Part shown: positions 57,408-64,000 of the stretch, piece by piece
How the letters are laid out: the number at the start of each line of letters is the position of its first letter
How positions within the stretch are numbered: position 1 is the first letter of the stretch
From: an uncultured Eubacteriales bacterium
Lineage (GTDB): Bacteria; Acidobacteriota; Aminicenantia; Aminicenantales; Aminicenantaceae
Reading direction: 5' to 3'
NCBI GenBank assembly: GCA_964584935.1
Contig: CAZPBN010000001.1
Coordinates: forward strand, 174,046-238,045
DNA length: 64,000 nt
Notes under the pieces: model-generated
The model's database searches: none
Seen by the model: only the letters and a program-made list of their open reading frames with translations
Told to the model about the DNA's origin: nothing
Translations under genes and position numbers: made by a program

Positions 57408-59585
57408 TCAATCAATTCTATTACTCAATTTAGATTGTTCCAATTTTTGTTTAACCCGACTGTTACGCTTCACTGGTTTATTATTGTTTATGGCGATATA
57501 CAGCGCCTTGTGAGATCCCACGATAACACTCAATCTTTTAGCCCGGGTTAAGGCTGTGTACAAAAGATTTCTTTGAAGCATGATATAATGCTGGGTTAAA
57601 AGAGGAATCACAACAGCCTGGTATTCACTCCCCTGGGACTTATGCACAGAAATGGCATACGCAAGAACAATTTCATTCATTTCCTCCCCTCTATATACGA
57701 CGGCTTTTCCATCAAAATCAACTGTTATCTGATAGGTCTGCTTATCTATATCAACGATGGTTCCTATATCTCCATTAAATATTTCTTTTTGATAGTTGTT
57801 TTTGATTTGCATGACCTTATCCTGAATTCTCATTTCGATATTTCCTCTTTTCAAACCATCTCTATAAGGATTGAGCTTCTTCTGTAACTCGCTGTTGAGA
57901 TTATTCACTCCAACCAACCCTTTATACATAGGACTTATAACCTGAATATCCAAAGATATGGGGGTTAATCCAAGCTTTTCAGGAATTCTTGAGGCACAAA
58001 GAGTTATAATCATATCAAAAACCTTTTGCTCATCATTCAAGGAAATAAAATAAAAATCAGAATCCTTATCTCCTTTCGAGGGGTAAATCAACTTTTTTCC
58101 TTGATTGATTCTGTGGGCATTATAAACAATGAGGCTGTCTTTTTCTTGACGGAATATTTTATCTAATATCACCACTTCGATCTTCTTTGATTCAATAATA
58201 TCACTCAAAAGATTACCCGGTCCCACAGAGGGAAGTTGATCTTTATCTCCTACCAGCACTAGACGCATCCAGGGAGGAACAGCAGCCAATAATCGATACA
58301 TCAATGGAACATCCACCATTGAAAATTCATCAATCACCAAAATATCAGCTTTAAGAGGAAATTTTTCCCCTTTTCGAAATGTTCCTAACTTCGGATTATA
58401 TTCCAGTGTCCGGTGTATTGTTTTTGCTTCTTCTCCTGTGGCTTCTGACAATCTTTTCGCTGCTCTTCCTGTAGGGGCAGACAACAAGATTTTTTTGCCC
58501 CATCTTTTGTATAAGGTAACCAACGCTTTAATAATTGTTGTTTTCCCGGTTCCAGGCCCTCCAGTAATAACCAAGATCTTGTTTAAAAAACTCTTCTTAA
58601 CAGCAAGTTTCTGCTTTTCAGAAAATTGAATAGCGAAATCTTTCTCAACATCTTTGATGGAATTTTCCAAAATGAAGTTTGGATCTCGAACCGGATAGAG
58701 AACTAGCTTTTTAATAGAATTCACAATTTCTTCCTGAGCTTTGAAGAAGAAAGGTATATATATCGAGATATCAGAATCGAGCTTCTCTGAAACCACCAAA
58801 TTTTGTTCAATCAATTCAGAAATGGCTTCTCTTACTCTGTCAGGACTCACTCCCAGTTCCTGGTGACTGTTCTCCTCCAAACTTCTTTGTAACGAAAACA
58901 CATGCCCCTCTTCCTTATCCTTTTCCAGAAGATAACGGATATATGCTTTTATCCTTTCTTTAGAAGATGGACTTATTCCTAAATTGATGGCAACCCGATC
59001 TGCTGTTTTAAAACCAATTCCCCACACATCATGGCATAATTGATAAGGATTACTTTTTAAAACTTTAAACGATTCTTCCCCATAGTGGGTGTATATTCTC
59101 GAAGCAAGACTTGTTGAAACATTGTGCTCTTGAAGAAAAATGATAAGATTTCTCACATGTTCATGTTTTTTCCAGGATCGTTTTATCTCTGAAAGGATCA
59201 CTTTTCCCACACCCGGAACCTCGGATAACTGATCAGGTCGGTTTGATAATATCTCAAGTGTTTTTTCTCCGAATACATTAATAATGCTCTTCGCTAGAAC
59301 TGGACCTACTCCCTTGATCATACCGGATGAGAGGAATTTTTGAATACCACGGACGGAAGATGGAAGAACCGGTATAAAATTTTCCACTTTAAATTGTTTT
59401 CCAAATCTTTGATTGATTACCCATTCTCCCTTAACTTTTAAGCTTTCCCCGCAATTCAGAGGAGGAAAATTGCCGACAATGGTTATAATTTTTCCTTCTT
59501 TCAGAATAAAATCGCAAACGGTGTATCCATTTACTGGATTATTAAACAATATATTCTTAATGGTTCCTTCCATATATTCACTCAT
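57408..59585 (-). CDS. recD2: ATP-dependent RecD-like DNA helicase (RecD2/YrrC family, SF1B)
   Basis: N-terminal OB/HhH region, Walker A ITGGPGTGKTT, helicase motifs through the C-terminal domain, 725 aa. Confidence 0.85.
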   Translation of the reverse strand: MSEYMEGTIKNILFNNPVNGYTVCDFILKEGKIITIVGNFPPLNCGESLKVKGEWVINQRFGKQFKVENFIPVLPSSVRGIQKFLSSGMIKGVGPVLAKSIINVFGEKTLEILSNRPDQLSEVPGVGKVILSEIKRSWKKHEHVRNLIIFLQEHNVSTSLASRIYTHYGEESFKVLKSNPYQLCHDVWGIGFKTADRVAINLGISPSSKERIKAYIRYLLEKDKEEGHVFSLQRSLEENSHQELGVSPDRVREAISELIEQNLVVSEKLDSDISIYIPFFFKAQEEIVNSIKKLVLYPVRDPNFILENSIKDVEKDFAIQFSEKQKLAVKKSFLNKILVITGGPGTGKTTIIKALVTLYKRWGKKILLSAPTGRAAKRLSEATGEEAKTIHRTLEYNPKLGTFRKGEKFPLKADILVIDEFSMVDVPLMYRLLAAVPPWMRLVLVGDKDQLPSVGPGNLLSDIIESKKIEVVILDKIFRQEKDSLIVYNAHRINQGKKLIYPSKGDKDSDFYFISLNDEQKVFDMIITLCASRIPEKLGLTPISLDIQVISPMYKGLVGVNNLNSELQKKLNPYRDGLKRGNIEMRIQDKVMQIKNNYQKEIFNGDIGTIVDIDKQTYQITVDFDGKAVVYRGEEMNEIVLAYAISVHKSQGSEYQAVVIPLLTQHYIMLQRNLLYTALTRAKRLSVIVGSHKALYIAINNNKPVKRNSRVKQKLEQSKLSNRID

Positions 59586-59706
59586 TGCTCTAATCCGTCA
59601 CTTATTTTCTATTCAAACTATGGACATTCTCAACAAACTGTTATGTTATCTTAAGTCATAACAAATTCATAATCAATATATATAAAAAAGTGAAGTTTGT
59701 ACCATA

Positions 59707-61392
59707 TTGACCGATAAAAGAAATAATGATAATTTTGGTTTAATGAAATTTTTAAGAGTCTTAACAAACTCAATTATTATCGGCATTGTATTCTCAATGC
59801 TTTTATCCATTCTTATTCTCGATATCAATATCAATCTTGATTTCCATTTCACTGTATTCAGTCATCTTATTATTTTTAACTCCATCACTTATGGAATTTT
59901 GATTAGCCTTATTTGCATCACAATTTTTTACATGGTTCAGTATTTTTATGGAAGAAGAATAAAAATATTTTTTGTCTCTCCATCCTTTTTATCCATCAGT
60001 ACTTCAATAACCATAATCCTTTTTATTCTTATATCAAACGCAAATTATAAATACTTTCATTCTTTTTTATCTCCTAAAAAATTGAGTCTTATAAGAACTC
60101 AAGCCAATTATCTTATATTTCTAAGCATTATGGGAGCTGTCTTATTTTTTACTTTTCTATACTATAAAAAAAATATTATTTTTATTCTAATATTTTTTGG
60201 CCTCTTCACAGGTTGTATGTCTTACATAATTGTGAAAAGAATAGAAACTCCGATATCTGTTGAAACAGAAAAAGTAGCCAATCTGGAAGCCAAAAATATA
60301 AACAAAAAAGTAACCATTATCGGACTCGAGGGTTTAAGCTTTGATTTCATCATACCTATGATCAATGAGGGGAAACTTCCAAATTTCTCCTGGCTAATTG
60401 AACAAGGAAGTTGGGGTAAACTAAACTCTTTCTCTCCCAGCGAACCAATTGTCTTAAACAATTCATTTAACACCGGAAAACTTCCTGCCAACCACAAGCA
60501 AATCTCTCAGTTTAATTATAATCTTCTTAATTTTAAAGACAGGATAGAAGTGACTCCCCGTTTTATCCTGTATCACCAAATGACCAGGGCTGGTCTTATA
60601 AAAATATCCTCAAAGGAGGCTGTCCTGGAACAAAAAGATATTTGGAAAATACTTAAAGATAATAAAACAGGATTTCTCAAGAAAGACTGGCCCTATGATT
60701 TGAATGTCGATCAACCCGATGAAGAAGCGGAAAAACTGTTTGATACCTTATTTCAAGAACTTCGATATGATAAAAGTCGCATTGTTAATCCGGTGAAACA
60801 GGCTATTTACCGGGATTATACTTATGAAAAAAATGTCAGAACAATAAAGAATAAAACCAACCCTCAATTGGTATATTTTTTATTAAATGGTCTTTCCACA
60901 GTAGAGACTTATTTTTACAAATACAACTTTCCAAAATTATTTGAAGGATTAGAACAAGAAGAAATCAATAAATACTCACCGGTCATAGAAAATTATTATA
61001 GATACTACGACCAAATTATTGGAAGATACCTGGCTTCTCTCAAAGACGATGAGCTTCTTATCGTTTTTTCTCCTTACGGAATTGAACCTCTTTCCATATG
61101 GAGAAGACTTATACAACAAATTATGGGAAATGCCGATGCCACAGCATCTCATGAACATGCTCCTCCCGGAGTTGTCTTTTTCTACGGAAATGAAGTTGTC
61201 AAGGGGAAAAATATAGAAAGCATAAACATTATTGATATGGCTCCAACCATTCTCTATTATATTGGACTTCCTGTAGGAAAAGATATGGACGGTATAGCTC
61301 AAAGATCCGTTTTATTCACTGAAGTATTCATTAATGAAAATCCTATTTTCCTTATTCAATCTTATGAGCAAATAAATATAAAAAAGCCTTAG
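59707..61392 (+). CDS. membrane-anchored alkaline-phosphatase-superfamily protein (type I phosphodiesterase/nucleotide pyrophosphatase-like)
   Basis: about 5 N-terminal TM helices, then VTIIGLEGLSFDFI metal-site region, TGKLPANH and HEHAPPG blocks. Confidence 0.45.
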   Translation: MTDKRNNDNFGLMKFLRVLTNSIIIGIVFSMLLSILILDININLDFHFTVFSHLIIFNSITYGILISLICITIFYMVQYFYGRRIKIFFVSPSFLSISTSITIILFILISNANYKYFHSFLSPKKLSLIRTQANYLIFLSIMGAVLFFTFLYYKKNIIFILIFFGLFTGCMSYIIVKRIETPISVETEKVANLEAKNINKKVTIIGLEGLSFDFIIPMINEGKLPNFSWLIEQGSWGKLNSFSPSEPIVLNNSFNTGKLPANHKQISQFNYNLLNFKDRIEVTPRFILYHQMTRAGLIKISSKEAVLEQKDIWKILKDNKTGFLKKDWPYDLNVDQPDEEAEKLFDTLFQELRYDKSRIVNPVKQAIYRDYTYEKNVRTIKNKTNPQLVYFLLNGLSTVETYFYKYNFPKLFEGLEQEEINKYSPVIENYYRYYDQIIGRYLASLKDDELLIVFSPYGIEPLSIWRRLIQQIMGNADATASHEHAPPGVVFFYGNEVVKGKNIESINIIDMAPTILYYIGLPVGKDMDGIAQRSVLFTEVFINENPIFLIQSYEQINIKKP

Positions 61393-61405
61393 TGGTTTAC
61401 CCCAG

Positions 61406-62113
61406 CTATTTAATAACTTTTAATATTCTTCCCAATCGTGCTTTGGAAATGAAACTCGCAATTTTTTTAAGTCGTTCTCCCAAACTCGTTTTAAGATGGG
61501 GATTTTCCCCCGCTTTGTATGAAAAATATATAATCCAGGGTTTTCCTTTAATATATCGAAGTGGCAAAAATCCCCAGAAGCGGCTGTCATTGCTATCATC
61601 CCTGTTATCCCCCATAACAAAACAACAACCAGAGGGAACAGTTATGGGACCAAAATTATCTCTTATGATTCTGTCATATTGGAAATAATTTTCACTTGAA
61701 TAAATCCTATTATCGATATGATTTTTATATTCTTCTTCAATAGGTTTATCATTGATAAAAACTTGTTTATTTTTCATTTCTATCTTTTCTCCTTCTGTAG
61801 CGATAACTCTTTTAACAAAATCCATTTCCAGGTCATTGGGGAATTTAAAGACCATAATATCTCCTCTTTCAATCTTTTTATTTGGGATTATCTTTTCTTC
61901 GAAATTGAAAACAGGATCATAGTAGGCAAATTTATTAACAAGGAGAAAGTCTCCCACTAGTAATGTCGGTTTCATAGATCCAGTGGGAATAGTAAAAGCT
62001 TGAACAACAAAAGTCATAACAAAAAAGACAAAAATAGCTGTCTCTGCTATCAATTCAAAATATTCCCGGAACGTACTTCTATCTTTTTCCTTCTTTTTTT
62101 TCTTTTTTGTCAT
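61406..62113 (-). CDS. lepB: signal peptidase I
   Basis: catalytic GSMKPTL Ser box, Lys box, GDNRDDSNDSRFWG box E. Confidence 0.85.
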   Translation of the reverse strand: MTKKKKKKEKDRSTFREYFELIAETAIFVFFVMTFVVQAFTIPTGSMKPTLLVGDFLLVNKFAYYDPVFNFEEKIIPNKKIERGDIMVFKFPNDLEMDFVKRVIATEGEKIEMKNKQVFINDKPIEEEYKNHIDNRIYSSENYFQYDRIIRDNFGPITVPSGCCFVMGDNRDDSNDSRFWGFLPLRYIKGKPWIIYFSYKAGENPHLKTSLGERLKKIASFISKARLGRILKVIK

Positions 62114-62114
62114 T

Positions 62115-63035
62115 CTAAATCACCAAAGAAATACTAAGTATAACCAATAATGCAAAATTCATCAATATCGTTGTCTTTATAGCAGGAAAAAAATCAGGCC
62201 AATTGCCAATATTCTTCATTCCTGTACGAAAGGCAATAAAGGGAAGAGGTAAAGTAACAAATACCATCAAAGACCATAATGGCAATCCTCCTCCAATGAC
62301 ACAGACTGTCACAATCAAATAGCAACTCAGGGCAAGAAAGAAATAAATATATAAGCTTTTCTTATACCCAAAAAGAATTACCCATGTCTTCCTTCCAGAT
62401 GATTCATCAGCTTCTTTATCCGCAAATTCATTTATTAATAACACAAGAGTGGTCAAAATCCCTGAAACAGAAGACACCATGACTGGCCATATAGAAGCAA
62501 AATTTTCTGCCTGGACATAAAAAGCACCCATAACCATTAATGGTCCCCAGGCTAAAAATATCGCGGTTTCTCCTAATTTGATATTGACTAATCGAAAAGG
62601 AAATCCATTATAACTGTACACAAAAAAGATAGCTGCAATTCCTATTAACAAAATTATATTTCCTTTAACCAAGGCATTAAGATACAATCCAATCACTGAA
62701 CCCAAAACAGCAAACACAAAAGATACAACAAGGGCTTCTCCAGGCATGACAAATCCATCCAGAATCATTCGGCTGCCACCAGAAAAGGGTACCATTGCAT
62801 TAATATTTGATGCATCATTCCCGCTTTTGAAATCAAAATAATCATTTCCAACATTGCAGGCAATGTGAAGAAAACTCGCCCCAACTAAAACCAGAATGAA
62901 TCTTATGAAATCAAACTGCTGCGCATAATAATAGGCTAAAGCGGTCCCTAGAAAAACAGCTCCTAAAGTAACAGTAAGAAACGGGAGCCTCAGAAGAAGT
63001 AAAATGGCTTTTGATTTGTTCATGGTTGCCTCCAA
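62115..63035 (-). CDS. menA: UbiA-family prenyltransferase, likely 1,4-dihydroxy-2-naphthoate polyprenyltransferase
   Basis: NDYFDFKSGND Asp-rich motif, about 8 TM helices. Confidence 0.6.
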   Translation of the reverse strand: MEATMNKSKAILLLLRLPFLTVTLGAVFLGTALAYYYAQQFDFIRFILVLVGASFLHIACNVGNDYFDFKSGNDASNINAMVPFSGGSRMILDGFVMPGEALVVSFVFAVLGSVIGLYLNALVKGNIILLIGIAAIFFVYSYNGFPFRLVNIKLGETAIFLAWGPLMVMGAFYVQAENFASIWPVMVSSVSGILTTLVLLINEFADKEADESSGRKTWVILFGYKKSLYIYFFLALSCYLIVTVCVIGGGLPLWSLMVFVTLPLPFIAFRTGMKNIGNWPDFFPAIKTTILMNFALLVILSISLVI

Positions 63036-63203
63036 AAAATGTATTATACTTTTTATTCAAAACTAATCAATGAAAAATATATGTGAAGTTTCTTTAATTT
63101 TTAAATTATATTATAAACATCAGAAACAACAAACATTGAGGGGTCCTGTCATGCCTCTTCTTCTATTCTAGATTTTTTGCATGGATTGTATTATATTTGA
63201 AAT

Positions 63204-64000
63204 ATGAATATCACACTTTTTGGCTATCAAAAAACAGGAAAAACAACACTCTTTAATCTCCTCACTGAGGCAAACATTCCACTCAAAGCTTACGATAACG
63301 GTAAGGAAGAGATCAATCGCAGGACCTGTCCCATTCCGGACGATCGTCTCGATAAGATATCCTCTTTGTATCCTGAAAAGGAAAAAAAGCCTGTTCTTGT
63401 GGATTTCATTGACTTAGCAGGGATTTCCTATGGAGAAGTGAACAGCAGCACTTATCTGAATTTGCTCAGAACTTCTGATGGTCTCATCCACATTGTGAGA
63501 GGCTTCTCTGATCCTCGGATCCCTCATTTGAAAAAAAACATTAATCCTAAAGAAGATATTTGTTCAATGGAAGAAGAATTGATTCTCACCGATTTAATAT
63601 CTGTTGAATTTAGATTAGAAAAACTGGATAAAGAATTAAAGAGGTCAAAAAGTCCTGAATCTGAAAAAGAAAATGACCTCCTAAAACAACTCCATGATCA
63701 TCTCCAACAAGGAACATCCATTCGAGAAGTCACCCTTTCTCCAACCGAAGAGAAAATGATACGCAATTTCTCATTTTTAAGCCAAAAGCCTATTTTACAT
63801 ATGGTCAACATCGATGAAAATGAACTACAACTTCTTAACAACCCAGAGAAGATTTATACACCTCAAAGAGAGGGCTCTCAAATACTTACCTTTTGTGGAA
63901 AAATCGAATCTGAAATTATCGAATTGGAGGATCAAGAAAAAAATGAATTCCTCAATGAGTTTGGACTTAAAGAATTGAGTGCACCTAAAGTGCTTAAAGC
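63204..64000 (+). CDS. YchF/Obg-family P-loop NTPase (ribosome-binding ATPase YchF-like), 3' partial
   Basis: GYQKTGKTTLFNLLT Walker A, VDFIDLAG G3 region, PDDRLDKI segment; open to the window end; not in the ORF track because no stop is reached. Confidence 0.65.
   Translation, partial: MNITLFGYQKTGKTTLFNLLTEANIPLKAYDNGKEEINRRTCPIPDDRLDKISSLYPEKEKKPVLVDFIDLAGISYGEVNSSTYLNLLRTSDGLIHIVRGFSDPRIPHLKKNINPKEDICSMEEELILTDLISVEFRLEKLDKELKRSKSPESEKENDLLKQLHDHLQQGTSIREVTLSPTEEKMIRNFSFLSQKPILHMVNIDENELQLLNNPEKIYTPQREGSQILTFCGKIESEIIELEDQEKNEFLNEFGLKELSAPKVLK

Overview
This is a 64 kb low-GC chromosomal window (about 35-37% GC by eye, with Lys/Glu-rich proteins). It comes from a diderm, probably anaerobic bacterium: there are outer-membrane beta-barrel proteins, LepB, a MenA-like prenyltransferase, FeoAB, a four-subunit 2-oxoacid:ferredoxin oxidoreductase, ferredoxins and HypF. 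The window is densely coding, mostly housekeeping and central metabolism: feoAB, panBCD, guaB, secA, rarA, surE, rpe, thiC, fabH, queH, hypF, recD2, lepB and a 3' partial ychF-like gene. Amino-acid catabolism is represented by an ALDH7-like aldehyde dehydrogenase next to a P5C dehydrogenase, and carbohydrate modules by GH127 and GH65. Two tRNAs are present, tRNA-Pro(GGG) on the + strand and tRNA-Arg(CCT) on the - strand. I found no CRISPR array, integrase, transposase or rRNA. The parts most worth a second look are as follows. (1) A two-gene module, a beta-phosphoglucomutase-like HAD domain fused to a trehalose-6-phosphate phosphatase domain and followed by a GH65 phosphorylase, which reproduces the three-domain architecture of the mycobacterial OtsB1 protein of unknown function and suggests a phosphorylase-driven route to trehalose. 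(2) A dispersed family of short tandem-motif arrays in the 5' regions of secA, rpe and tRNA-Arg: a 9-bp periodic TTGCGTTNN array at the first two, and a related 7-bp CTTACGT unit ending in CTCAC upstream of tRNA-Arg. (3) Several orphan or divergent components: a fumarate hydratase class I alpha subunit without a beta subunit leading an oorDABC-like operon, hypF without other hyp genes, thiC without a TPP riboswitch overlapping an endonuclease-IV-like gene, a deoxynucleoside-kinase homologue with a degenerate P-loop, and a GspG-like pseudopilin lacking Glu+5. (4) A decayed aldo-keto reductase pseudogene. All calls rest on reading the translated ORFs and motifs by eye; no database search was possible.
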